This document shows, in pieces, positions 37,201 through 49,800 of a stretch of 64,000 bases of DNA. Source of the DNA: Marsupella aquatica (lineage: Eukaryota > Plantae > Marchantiophyta); the NCBI GenBank assembly GCA_973895155.1, contig OZ316893.1:28364850-28428849 (forward strand), read 5' to 3'. The position numbers and the translations under genes were made by a program. Under the pieces are notes generated by a model, which saw only the letters and a list, made by a program, of their open reading frames with translations, did not search any database and was not told the origin of the DNA. Numbering within the stretch: position 1 is the stretch's first letter; each line of letters starts with the position of its first letter.

Positions 37201-40025
37201 GTTCTCGCTAAAGAAAGGTTCCCATCTTGCATCACTTTCAGTGCTCTCTTCTTAGATTGGAAAGATTTATTCGAATCGTAATAGTTATTTATCTTCAGCA
37301 GATGCCGGAATTCATGGTTGGTTGTGTGAGATATAAAGGGGTTGAGAAAATGATCTTTAGGTGGGAACTGCAAACTATTCGTATCCTCAGAATGAATGCT
37401 TCACTCTTTTGTTTGATTCTTTCGAAGGGGTGCTACGTTTGAAGATGGTCCCTGACAATGTTGCATTGCAAATGTCTTGTTCCTTAAATTTAGCCGCTGG
37501 ATCTTTCACATATTGAGCAATCAGATCTGGTGTGTGTGACTCAGTGCTTCGCTTAGTCCAACTCGAAATTTCGCTATGATGGCCTTAAGATGTACAGTCT
37601 GAGCAGCTTTTGTCTCGTACAGGTACGGTGGGTCCTGCCAGGGCAAAACCAGCACTGTCCCTCGTTGGCTACCCTGACGAGCTTCAAGTAAGTTAAATGT
37701 AGCTTCCTGTCGTATTTAGAGATCAGCTTCTCCTGCTTTAGCGTATGCAAATATAGTTAGTCTCCAAGTAGACGATTCAAAGGTACTACGTATTAACAAT
37801 TCTATTGACGTCTGTCTAACGTTTGGAGTAAAGAACATTCTGATATAGTGATGTCATAATGCAGGCGGCTATGGCTTTCGTTTTCGGTGGAGCGTTTGTC
37901 TGTAATGATACTGAAACGGCCAAACAGGTGAATTTCAGCAATTGCATATTATTTTGAAATTGTAGATCCTTATGATAAAGTTGACCCTTTTCATTAGTGC
38001 AGACTTCTTGAATACTAAAACCCCTACCAGTAGTTGACTTTATATTCATGCTAGCCTTGGAGTAAAATGATTATATTCGAAGTAAACTCAGCAGATTTTC
38101 GCTCAAGTATCGGCTGGTGTAGGTGGCTTTCCCACAAGGACGTCAATACTAAGTGGGTGACCCTGCAGGGGGATGTTTTTGAACCTCGTGGTCTTCTTAC
38201 CGGTGGTTCGCGCAGGTCCGTTTCTGAGCTAATTCACTTTGTACGAACGTCCGAGTTGTGGAATGGAGCTATTGTTGCGATCAGCTCATCCGAAGTAAAG
38301 AAATTGAGCTATACAGGTTTCAAACGCTGGGCAGATTTTCCTCATGCGTACCGTCTCTGCTTAGAGTAACGTAGAAGCATAGTGTCGCTGTAAGTCTAGA
38401 TGTCCTGCAGAAGTCGCAGTGCAAGTATTTCATTTAATGTTTCCTTCCAGGAATGGTGGGGAACTCCTGATGCAACTTCATGCACTAGCAGAGGCGGAGG
38501 GCAGCTTGGCAGAGCATGTTCAGGCACTTTCAAAGATCGAGAAAGAGGTAAGGCTTTTATGTTTGATTTGGACATGACGTCGAGTTTATACATGACGCAG
38601 TAGAACTATGTGCAACAGGATCTGTTTATACCAGGTCCATCCCCGTTGAGACTGGGTTCTTATAGCTACATCTGGTGGTCGTGAAGATTTTTGATCCAAT
38701 GTACGACGACCTCCAGTTGTCCTTAATTTGTACATGCGAATGCTGCAGATTGAGAAGTTGGCACCCATGCAGAAGAAATATGCCCACTTAAAGTCACAAT
38801 TGGAACTGAAGTCATATGATCTCTCTCTGTATGAAACCAGGGCTGAGTAGAGCGAACATCACAAGGTTTGTTGCAATTTCTCGGTTCCAAACATGTTTCA
38901 TCAGTGACAATTCAACGTGTCTGAGAATCACTTTGTTGTGAGGAAAATGAGGGAGGATGTCCTTCTTAGGTTTTTACGGTCTACTGTCTTGGCATCAGAG
39001 CTTTGACAGTATAAGCGACTTCAGCCCCTCGTGTATGGCTACCCGTACGAGTTAGATATACTGCTGGGCTTAAGTTTACGAGCGCAAATTGTTGTTTCAA
39101 TAGTAGCGCTCTTTCTCATGTTTACAGTCAAGATTCTTGGGATTTTCGAAGAGTGCAGTCGTCGTGAGTAGCAAAGTGTTTAGTCGGGTCCTTGTTAGCT
39201 TGACATCAAATACCTGCGCGATGTCAGCTAAGTGAGTCGATCTGAACAATGGAGGCCGAGCTGGACGCAGAAAAGAAGGACCTAGCCAACAAGGAGAACC
39301 ATCACAATGAATGCATAAAGAAAGCCTCCGACCTGGAGCGAGCAATTAACGAGCGTGGTCGGGACCGAGAAACTCGATTGAAAGACGTAGAGAAGAGTAT
39401 CAAATCCATGAAATTGTAAAGACAATTCGAATCTTGATTCTATGAATGAATGCTTAAGGGAAACGGGGGTCCCACATATATACCCGCTGAGTGACAATCG
39501 ATCAAGATACATCAAAGGGTAGAAGACAAAGACCTAAAGATCTACGGTAAAGGCTAATAGCGTACATACTACGAACTAGTGAATCATCACAATAGACACC
39601 CGGATAATAAGGTGTGATATCCGGGGAGTGGACTCAGATACATGTCTGGTACAATCATGTATTAACACTTAGAAGCGCATGATACTTTGCACAATTAACA
39701 AAAAGGAAATGACAGCTGCATCGAAGGATCTTAAGGTACTTCAAAGTCACTTCTATCCCTTTGCTAAGTTTATATCGGACTGTTCGGAGTTCATGCTAAT
39801 CAAATTATTGAGAAATGATTCGTTTCCAGCTGGCTAGGATGTCTCTTAAACAAATCTGTTAACTGGTTCTCTTCACAGGAACAAGAAGGAGCAAGAGAGA
39901 GGCTGCTCATGGAGAGGGAAGCTGCAGGGCACGAGAAAATGGTTCTCGAGGGGCAAGTAGTTACAGCGCTTGCACAGTTAAAGTTAAAGAATATGGAAGC
40001 ACATCTTGGTCAACTAGAGAGTGAG
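34283..40025 (+). pseudogene. SMC2: Condensin subunit SMC2 pseudogene (intron-containing, 3'-truncated)
   Basis: Exon 1 (34283-34600) is [49 protein letters not shown]. Exon 2 has [23 protein letters not shown]. Hinge motifs are present (RITIIPLNKI, VTLQGDVFEP.GLLTGGS). Lesions: TTAA frameshift at 35133, TAG stops at 36185, 36730 and 38848, and an exonic insertion at ~39409-39700. No C-terminal signature or Walker B exons were found. Confidence 0.93.
39409..39700. mobile_element. ~290-bp insertion splitting an SMC2 exon
   Basis: It interrupts EKSIKS(M)K/KEMTAASKDLK. The ends TGAAATTGTAAAG and CTTTGCACAATTAACA are imperfect inverted repeats. There is no clear TSD and it is not an in-frame intron. 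Confidence 0.5.
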
Positions 40026-41631
40026 GTAACTTAGGTGTTTCAGTGCTTTCGCTGTAGGTTCGTTGAATCTTGGCGTTAAGATGTGGTGAGCAATTTTGCT
40101 AGTAATAGCAGTCCTGAAATAGCACCAGGAACAAGGGTTTTCTGTGGTGCTTGTGAATATACATTATCGTAGACTTTATGGCGGGCTCAAGTCTGCTGAT
40201 ATATTGTAATTTTACAATTTATTTTTTCACAAGTTTGATGTTTAGTTTGTTTATTACAGATTTAAGGTTTAGTACATCTCTAAATAAGGTTTTTCTTGCA
40301 CATATAATGGATTCTAATCATTCTGAACATTTGTAATTGCAGCTTGAGTTGGCTATGGAGGGCAGAGTGATGGAGGCATCACAAATGCATCTCCATCACA
40401 AGTGCATGAGTAAGATGGAGGAGAAAGTAAAAGGATAGAGAAGGGACATCAATAGGATTGGGATTGTGATTTAGGGTGAGATTTAGGATAATGAGTCTTG
40501 TCCTAATTGAATGTGAGTATTGAGTAATAGCAGACTATTATAGTGGCTATATGAAGAGACTCAATGTAGTTAGAGGGATGAGTTGACCCTCTTGCATCAT
40601 GTACTCTTTATTGTCTTTGTCTTTAAAATGAAATGTTACATATATGACATATTCCTCCTCTTTGTAAAGGTCTTTCGAAAGTGATTCATATGTCAATTGT
40701 AGTACTACCCCTAACCTAAATGTGATGTAGAATTGTATACTCAATAACATTGAAATAATGTTGGATTTTAGTATGGTATACTATATTGAAATGACAAACT
40801 AATTCCATTAGATCAGTTCAATATGGAATATAGGACTATGTATTGGTGTAAAGATAAATGAAAGATGTTGAAACATTGATATAAAATGTCAAGTCGTACC
40901 CTCAAATAAATTATCCATAAACCTTAGAGATTATGCAAAGAAGATAAGGAAAACCAGTGATATATGAGTGTCCAAAATATAATGTACAGATAATAAGTAC
41001 CAATGACCCATGACATGTTAATGAAAATAAAGGTATTTATCATTGTCTTATCAACATTAGATACCTATGATTATATTGATGAAGAAGAGATGCTGGTTTA
41101 TTGATGTATTGTCAATGAAATTCTATTTGATCCCTGATGTTTGGACGGTTGAAACTACATTGTTATACTACATTGACCACATATTGATCTGTCAATGAAA
41201 GTCTATTAATTGAAGAATGGTTTTTATTACCAAATGTATTGAAAATACATTGTTACACTGTCCATACAATATTGACCAAACATTGATCTAACAATGAAAA
41301 TATAATGATCCAACAATGTATTTCATTGTAGAATCATGCAAGAATAAACGTGGAATAACTTGACAATGAATCATCACGATGAGCCCAATGATTTGTTAAT
41401 GTAATATTTTGTGAAAATTACAAAGCAATGAATCATTGTGGCACCCACAAATATCTAGTAATGCCAGGTCAACATGATAACATTTATGATTTTACAGTGT
41501 ATTCTTATCGCACCCTTCGTGAGTTTATAAATCATTGTTTAATTGCAAAATAATAGGAACCCTAATTTCCTGATGTACATTCACAGTTGACGAGTCTTGG
41601 ATTATTTGAGGAGCAGATTGATTGCAGGAGG

Positions 41632-41928
41632 CTCGGGGGTCTCACTATATGGGGACCTCCCCATCGCCTGCGACGTTTTTAGGCCTCGGACCCCCTAAAA
41701 TGTAAGAAATTTTTTTTATTTTTTAACCACTATAAAGTTGGAATATTCTTGAAATATTCTAAAAATTGGATTAAAAAGACCCTAATGTTCTTATAAGTCT
41801 CAAAATTGAATTTAAAAGACCCTAGTGTTCTTCTACAAAAATTCTTAAGTCTTCCCTTAGAACCAATAAAATGACCCTATCCTTCGTCGCACGTGATATG
41901 CCATTTTTGTGGAAGTGAGACCCCCGAG
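41632..41928. mobile_element. 297-bp MITE with 15-bp TIR and 8-bp TSD
   Basis: CTCGGGGGTCTCACT (41632) and AGTGAGACCCCCGAG (to 41928) are perfect inverted repeats. GCAGGAGG flanks both sides directly (41624-41631, 41929-41936). The interior is AT-rich. Confidence 0.8.
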
Positions 41929-42216
41929 GCAGGAGGGCGATATCCCCATGGCAACCCCATCGAAAAAGTTAATGGGGAAAGCTGTATGAAGCAAGTGAAA
42001 GACCCCTCACGGGTGGAATTGAAGATGCTTTTCCAGCTTGTCAATTAAAAAGCAAGGACCTGATCCGTGAGAACTTGAAGCCAGGATGGACCTTCAAGTA
42101 TGCTGAAATGCTGATGTAGATTTGAGCAACCCGGATGGACCTTGCCAAACGTATTATTTGACACGGATGACACTCTCTACATTTCAGTCCTAAAACTGAC
42201 CTGTTACGGGTTGTAG

Positions 42217-42318
42217 AGGGTGGTCATTGTTGGGAAGCTCATCAGTTTGTCACTGTTCATGAGCGGGAGGGTGGTCATTGTTGAGAACCTCATCAGTTTG
42301 TCACTGATCATGAGCTGG
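42217..42318 (+). repeat. ~51-bp tandem duplication
   Basis: AGGGTGGTCATTGTTG.GAA.CTCATCAGTTTGTCACTG.TCATGAGC occurs twice. Confidence 0.85.
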
Positions 42319-42450
42319 TCAGCTGCAAGCTTATGCCATGATAGTTTAAAAAAAAACAGCATTTTACTAACCTGTCCCCTAAACTACCCAATACTATGAA
42401 CTTGTTTCCCATTTTGTATTTGGGTTAATATTAACTCTTGTATGGGTTAT

Positions 42451-42477
42451 AACCCTAAACCCTAAACCCTAAACCCT
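42451..42477 (-). repeat. Interstitial telomeric repeat (CCCTAAA)~4
   Basis: AACCCTAAACCCTAAACCCTAAACCCT read directly. Confidence 0.9.
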
Positions 42478-43093
42478 GTATATATCTTCCTCTCACTCTG
42501 CGTGCAATGAGCCCGGTCTTCAGGCCATTTCAAGGTATTTAGGGAGCCTGTACAATGTCATATCTTCTCTGCACAGCGCGTGCAATGAGGCCGGTCTTCA
42601 GGCCTGTATATATCTTCTCTCCACAGCGCATGCAATAAGGCCTGTACATATCTTCTTTGCACAGCGCGTGCAATGAGACCGGTCTTCAGGCCATTTCAGG
42701 GTATTTTTTATATATACATTTTCGTGCAGCCCAGTGATCGCAATGCCCGGTCTTTGCGGTCTTTTTCGTGGTCTTTTTGCCACGAGTGCCCGAAAAAGAC
42801 CGTCCTGCCATGAAAATACAAAGGAACCAACATTACAAAGCAAGTGGATCTCTACACAGCACGTGCAATGAGGCCGGTCTTCAGGCCATTTCAGGGTATT
42901 TAGGGAGCGCGGTGCATGGTCTCCTACATGCAGTGCACGGTCTCAACGTTTCAACATTTGGACTCCCCACAACATTATTGTTCAAACCTGTATATATCTT
43001 CTCTGCACAGCGCGTGCAATGAGGCCCGTCTTCAGGCCATTTCAGGGTATTTAGGGAGCGCGGAGCATGGTCTCCTACATGCTGTGCACGGTC
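42475..43093 (+). repeat. Cluster of full and partial copies of the ~140-bp CCTGTATATATC repeat
   Basis: About 6 recurrences of CACAGCGCGTGCAATGAGGCCGGTCTTCAGGCC variants. Confidence 0.9.
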
Positions 43094-43786
43094 GAGGGAG
43101 TTGTGTGTTGGGGTTGGGATGGGGAGGTTGAGAGGAGTGTTTTGGGGGGTGGGGGGTTGAGGGAGTTGTGTGTTGGAGTTGGGTTGGGGAGGTTGAAAGT
43201 GTGGGGGGTTGAGGGAGTTGTGGGGTTGGGATGGGGAGGTTGAGAGGAGTGTTTTGGGAGAGGTGTGTGTTGAGTTGGGATTAGGAGGTTGAGAGTGTGG
43301 GGTGTTTAGGGAGTTGTGTGTTGGGGTTGAGATGGGGAGGTTGAGAGGAGTGTTTTGGGGGGTGGGGGGTTGAGGGAGTTGTGTGTTGGAGTTGGGTTGG
43401 GGAGGTTGAAAGTGTGGGGGGTTGAGGGAGTTGTGGGGTTGGGATGGGGAGGTTGAGAGGAGTGTTTTGGGGGAGGTGTGTGTTGAGTTGGGTTTAGAAG
43501 GTTGAGAGTGTGGGGGGTTGGGGAGGTGTGTGTTGAGTTGGGTTTAGGAGGTTGAGAGTGTGGGGGGTTGAGGGAGTTGTGTGTTGGGGGTGGGATGGGG
43601 AGGTTGAGAGGAGTGTTTTGGGAGAGGTGTGTGTTGAGTTGGGATTAGGAGGTTGGAGTGTGGGGTGTTTAGGGAGTTGTGTGTTGGGGGTGGGATGGGG
43701 AGGTTGAGAGGAGTGTTTTGGGAGAGGTGTGTGTTGAGTTGGGATTAGGAGGTTGGAGTGTGGGGGGTTGGGGAGGTGTGTGGGGG
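43094..43786 (+). repeat. C-free G/T/A degenerate tandem repeat (~213-bp higher-order period)
   Basis: Built from GAGGGAGTTGTGTGTTGGGG and GGGGAGGTTGAGAGGAGTG units. No cytosine is seen on the + strand. Confidence 0.9.
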
Positions 43787-43834
43787 TTTAGGGTTTAGGG
43801 TTTAGGGTTTTAGGGTTTAGGGTTTAGGGTTTAG
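43787..43834 (+). repeat. Interstitial telomeric tract (TTTAGGG)~6.7
   Basis: Read directly; one unit is a TTTTAGGG variant. Confidence 0.95.
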
Positions 43835-46800
43835 AGTGTCATCCCCAGTTTTCACATGTGGCATACCAGTTTTTTAAGTACTGGTATGATTATTGAATAT
43901 TGGGGGTGAGTTTGACCCCCAGTTTGTTGTGTGCGCATTTTGGAGGGGCTAGGGGTGGGGGTACCCCGCAATTTTCGGGGTGCGTGTACCAGGGGGCGAG
44001 TGCCACCCTACTGTAGCTTTTGGGGGTGTAACGAGCTGGGGGTGAGGGTGGGGGAGGGGTTCCATGGGGGTTGAGGGTGAGGGTGGCCCCCAGTTTTGGG
44101 GGTGCGTGCACATGGGGGCGTGTGCAACCCTAATGTAGCATTGGGGGTGTAACGAGCTGGGGGTGAGGGTGGGGGAGGGGTTCCATGGGGGTTGAGGGTG
44201 AGGGTGGCCCCCAGTTTTGGGGGTGCGTGCACATGGGGGCGTGTGCAACCCTACTGTAGCATTGGGGGTGTAACGAGCAGGGGGTGAGGGTGGGGGAGGG
44301 GTTCCATGGGGGTTGAGGGTGAGGGTGGCCCCCAGTTTTGGGGGTGCGTGCACATGGGGGCGTGTGCAACCCTAATTGAGCATTGGGGGTGTAACGAGCT
44401 GGGGGTGAGGGTGGGGGAGGGGTTCCATGGGGGTTGAGGGTGAGGATGGCCCCCAGTTTTGGGGGTGCGTGCACATGGGGGCCTGTGCAACCCTACTGTA
44501 GCATTGGGGGTGTAACGAGCTGGGGGTGAGGGTGGGGGAGGGGTTCCATGGGGGTTGAGGGTGAGGGTGGCCCCCAGTTTTGGGGGTGCGTGCACATGGG
44601 GGCGTGTGCAACCCTAATTGAGCATTGGGGGTGTAACGAGCTGGGGGTGAGGGTGGGGGAGGGGTTCCATGGGGGTTGAGGGTGAGGGTGGCCCCCAGTT
44701 TTGGGGGTGCGTGCACATGGGGGCGTGTGCAACCCTAATTGAGCATTGGGGGTGTAACGAGCTGGGGGTGAGGGTGGGGGAGGGGTTCCATGGGGGTTGA
44801 GGGTGAGGGTGGCCCCCAGTTTTGGGGGTGCGTGCACATGGGGGCGTGTGCAACCCTACTGTAGCATTGGGGGTGTAACGAGCTGGGGGTGAGGGTGGGG
44901 GAGGGGTTCCATGGGGGTTGAGGGTGAGGGTGGCCCCCAGTTTTGGGGGTGCGTGCACATGGGGGCGTGTGCAACCCTAATTGAGCATTGGGGGTGTAAC
45001 GAGCTGGGGGTGAGGGTGGGGGAGGGGTTCCATGGGGGTTGAGGGTGAGGGTGGCCCCCAGTTTTGGGGGTGCGTGCACATGGGGGCGTGTGCAACCCTA
45101 CTGTAGCATTGGGGGTGTAACGAGCTGGGGGTGAGGGTGGGGGAGGGGTTCCATGGGGGTTGAGGGTGAGGGTGGCCCCCAGTTTTGGGGGTGCGTGCAC
45201 ATGGGGGCGTGTGCAACCCTACTGTAGCATTGGGGGTGTAACGAGCAGGGGGTGAGGGTGGGGGAGGGGTTCCATGGGGGTTGAGGGTGAGGGTGGCCCC
45301 CAGTTTTGGGGGTGCGTGCACATGGGGGCGTGTGCAACCCTAATTGAGCATTGGGGGTGTAACGAGCTGGGGGTGAGGGTGGGGGAGGGGTTCCATGGGG
45401 GTTGAGGGTGAGGATGGCCCCCAGTTTTGGGGGTGCGTGCACATGGGGGCCTGTGCAACCCTACTGTAGCATTGGGGGTGTAACGAGCTGGGGGTGAGGG
45501 TGGGGGAGGGGTTCCATGGGGGTTGAGGGTGAGGGTGGCCCCCAGTTTTGGGGGTGCGTGCACATGGGGGCGTGTGCAACCCTAATTGAGCATTGGGGGT
45601 GTAACGAGCTGGGGGTGAGGGTGGGGGAGGGGTTCCATGGGGGTTGAGGGTGAGGGTGGCCCCCAGTTTTGGGGGTGCGTGCACATGGGGGCGTGTGCAA
45701 CCCTAATTGAGCATTGGGGGTGTAACGAGCTGGGGGTGAGGGTGGGGGAGGGGTTCCATGGGGGTTGAGGGTGAGGGTGGCCCCCAGTTTTGGGGGTGCG
45801 TGCACATGGGGGCGTGTGCAACCCTACTGTAGCATTGGGGGTGTAACGAGCTGGGGGTGAGGGTGGGGGAGGGGTTCCATGGGGGTTGAGGGTGAGGGTG
45901 GCCCCCAGTTTTGGGGGTGCGTGCACATGGGGGCGTGTGCAACCCTAATTGAGCATTGGGGGTGTAACGAGCTGGGGGTGAGGGTGGGGGAGGGGTTCCA
46001 TGGGGGTTGAGGGTGAGGGTGGCCCCCAGTTTTGGGGGTGCGTGCACATGGGGGCGTGTGCAACCCTACTGTAGCATTGGGGGTGTAACGAGCTGGGGGT
46101 GAGGGTGGGGGAGGGGTTCCATGGGGGTTGAGGGTGAGGGTGGCCCCCAGTTTTGGGGGTGCGTGCACATGGGGGCGTGTGCAACCCTATTGTAGCATTG
46201 GGGGTGTAACGAGCAGGGGGTGAGGGTGGGGGAGGGGTTCCATGGGGGTTGAGGGTGAGGGTGGCCCCCAGTTTTGGGGGTGCGTGCACATGGGGGCGTG
46301 TGCAACCCTAATTGAGCATTGGGGGTGTAACGAGCTGGGGGTGAGGGTGGGGGAGGGGTTCCATGGGGGTTGAGGGTGAGGATGGCCCCCAGTTTTGGGG
46401 GTGCGTGCACATGGGGGCCTGTGCAACCCTACTGTAGCATTGGGGGTGTAACGAGCTGGGGGTGAGGGTGGGGGAGGGGTTCCATGGGGGTTGAGGGTGA
46501 GGGTGGCCCCCAGTTTTGGGGGTGCGTGCACATGGGGGCGTGTGCAACCCTAATTGAGCATTGGGGGTGTAACGAGCTGGGGGTGAGGGTGGGGGAGGGG
46601 TTCCATGGGGGTTGAGGGTGAGGGTGGCCCCCAGTTTTGGGGGTGCGTGCACATGGGGGCGTGTGCAACCCTAATTGAGCATTGGGGGTGTAACGAGCTG
46701 GGGGTGAGGGTGGGGGAGGGGTTCCATGGGGGTTGAGGGTGAGGGTGGCCCCCAGTTTTGGGGGTGCGTGCACATGGGGGCGTGTGCAACCCTACTGTAG

Positions 46801-49800
46801 CATTGGGGGTGTAACGAGCTGGGGGTGAGGGTGGGGGAGGGGTTCCATGGGGGTTGAGGGTGAGGGTGGCCCCCAGTTTTGGGGGTGCGTGCACATGGGG
46901 GCGTGTGCAACCCTAATTGAGCATTGGGGGTGTAACGAGCTGGGGGTGAGGGTGGGGGAGGGGTTCCATGGGGGTTGAGGGTGAGGGTGGCCCCCAGTTT
47001 TGGGGGTGCGTGCACATGGGGGCGTGTGCAACCCTACTGTAGCATTGGGGGTGTAACGAGCTGGGGGTGAGGGTGGGGGAGGGGTTCCATGGGGGTTGAG
47101 GGTGAGGGTGGCCCCCAGTTTTGGGGGTGCGTGCACATGGGGGCGTGTGCAACCCTACTGTAGCATTGGGGGTGTAACGAGCTGGGGGTGAGGGTGGGGG
47201 AGGGGTTCCATGGGGGTTGAGGGTGAGGGTGGCCCCCAGTTGTGGGGGTGCGTGCACATGGGGGCGTGTGCAACCCTAATTGAGCATTGGGGGTGTAACG
47301 AGCTGGGGGTGAGGGTGGGGGAGGGGTTCCATGGGGGTTGAGGGTGAGGGTGGCCCCCAGTTTTGGGGGTGCGTGCACATGGGGGCGTGTGCAACCCTAC
47401 TGTAGCATTGGGGGTGTAACGAGCTGGGGGTGAGGGTGGGGGAGGGGTTCCATGGGGGTTGAGGGTGAGGGTGGCCCCCAGTTTTGGGGGTGCGTGCACA
47501 TGGGGGCGTGTGCAACCCTAATTGAGCATTGGGGGTGTAACGAGCTGGGGGTGAGGGTGGGGGAGGGGTTCAATGGGGGTTGAGGGTGAGGGTGGCCCCC
47601 AGTTTTGGGGGTGCGTGCACATGGGGGCGTGTGCAACCCTAATTGAGCATTGGGGGTGTAACGAGCTGGGGGTGAGGGTGGGGGAGGGGTTCCATGGGGG
47701 TTGAGGGTGAGGGTGGCCCCCAGTTTTGGGGGTGCGTGCACATGGGGGCGTGTGCAACCCTAATTGAGCATTGGGGGTGTAACGAGCTGGGGGTGAGGGT
47801 GGGGGAGGGGTTCCATGGGGGTTGAGGGTGAGGGTGGCCCCCAGTTTTGGGGGTGCGTGCACATGGGGGCGTGTGCAACCCTACTGTAGCATTGGGGGTG
47901 TAACGAGCTGGGGGAGGGGTTCCATGGGGGTTGAGGGTGAGGGTGGCCCCCAGTTTTGGGGGTGCGTGCACATGGGGGCGTGTGCAACCCTACTGTAGCA
48001 TTGGGGGTGTAACGAGCAGGGGGTGAGGGTGGGGGAGGGGTTCCATGGGGGTTGAGGGTGAGGGTGGCCCCCAGTTTTGGGGGTGCGTGCACATGGGGGC
48101 GTGTGCAACCCTAATTGAGCATTGAGGGTGTAACGAGCTGGGGGTGAGGGTGGGGGAGGGGTTCCATGGGGGTTGAGGGTGAGGATGGCCCCCAGTTTTG
48201 GGGGTGCGTGCACATGGGGGCCTGTGCAACCCTACTGTAGCATTGGGGGTGTAACGAGCTGGGGGTGAGGGTGGGGGAGGGGTTCCATGGGGGTTGAGGG
48301 TGAGGGTGGCCCCCAGTTTTGGGGGTGCGTGCACATGGGGGCGTGTGCAACCCTAATTGAGCATTGGGGGTGTAACGAGCTGGGGGTGAGGGTGGGGGAG
48401 GGGTTCCATGGGGGTTGAGGGTGAGGGTGGCCCCCAGTTTTGGGGGTGCGTGCACATGGGGGCGTGTGCAACCCTAATTGAGCATTGGGGGTGTAACGAG
48501 CTGGGGGTGAGGGTGGGGGAGGGGTTCCATGGGGGTTGAGGGTGAGGGTGGCCCCCAGTTTTGGGGGTGCGTGCACATGGGGGCGTGTGCAACCCTACTG
48601 TAGCATTGGGGGTGTAACGAGCTGGGGGTGAGGGTGGGGGAGGGGTTCCATGGGGGTTGAGGGTGAGGGTGGCCCCCAGTTTTGGGGGTGCGTGCACATG
48701 GGGGCGTGTGCAACCCTAATTGAGCATTGGGGGTGTAACGAGCTGGGGGTGAGGGTGGGGGAGGGGTTCCATGGGGGTTGAGGGTGAGGGTGGCCCCCAG
48801 TTTTGGGGGTGCGTGCACATGGGGGCGTGTGCAACCCTACTGTAGCATTGGGGGTGTAACGAGCTGGGGGTGAGGGTGGGGGAGGGGTTCCATGGGGGTT
48901 GAGGGTGAGGGTGGCCCCCAGTTTTGGGGGTGCGTGCACATGGGGGCGTGTGCAACCCTACTGTAGCATTGGGGGTGTAACGAGCTGGGGGTGAGGGTGG
49001 GGGAGGGGTTCCATGGGGGTTGAGGGTGAGGGTGGCCCCCAGTTTTGGGGGTGCGTGCACATGGGGGCGTGTGCAACCCTAATTGAGCATTGGGGGTGTA
49101 ACGAGCTGGGGGTGAGGGTGGGGGAGGGGTTCCATGGGGGTTGAGGGTGAGGGTGGCCCCCAGTTTTGGGGGTGCGTGCACATGGGGGCGTGTGCAACCC
49201 TACTGTAGCATTGGGGGTGTAACGAGCTGGGGGTGAGGGTGGGGGAGGGGTTCCATGGGGGTTGAGGGTGAGGGTGGCCCCCAGTTTTGGGGGTGCGTGC
49301 ACATGGGGGCGTGTGCAACCCTATTGTAGCATTGGGGGTGTAACGAGCAGGGGGTGAGGGTGGGGGAGGGGTTCCATGGGGGTTGAGGGTGAGGGTGGCC
49401 CCCAGTTTTGGGGGTGCGTGCACATGGGGGCGTGTGCAACCCTAATTGAGCATTGGGGGTGTAACGAGCTGGGGGTGAGGGTGGGGGAGGGGTTCCATGG
49501 GGGTTGAGGGTGAGGATGGCCCCCAGTTTTGGGGGTGCGTGCACATGGGGGCCTGTGCAACCCTACTGTAGCATTGGGGGTGTAACGAGCTGGGGGTGAG
49601 GGTGGGGGAGGGGTTCCATGGGGGTTGAGGGTGAGGGTGGCCCCCAGTTTTGGGGGTGCGTGCACATGGGGGCGTGTGCAACCCTAATTGAGCATTGGGG
49701 GTGTAACGAGCTGGGGGTGAGGGTGGGGGAGGGGTTCCATGGGGGTTGAGGGTGAGGGTGGCCCCCAGTTTTGGGGGTGCGTGCACATGGGGGCGTGTGC

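Noticed and set aside
34283-40025. Functional SMC2, with stops rescued by U-to-C editing or TAG recoding
   Set aside because: Frameshifts, an exonic insertion and missing C-terminal exons are also present. Such editing is organellar, and TAG is not read through elsewhere in the window.
43787-43834. True chromosome telomere
   Set aside because: Only about 7 units, with 20 kb of sequence distal to it.
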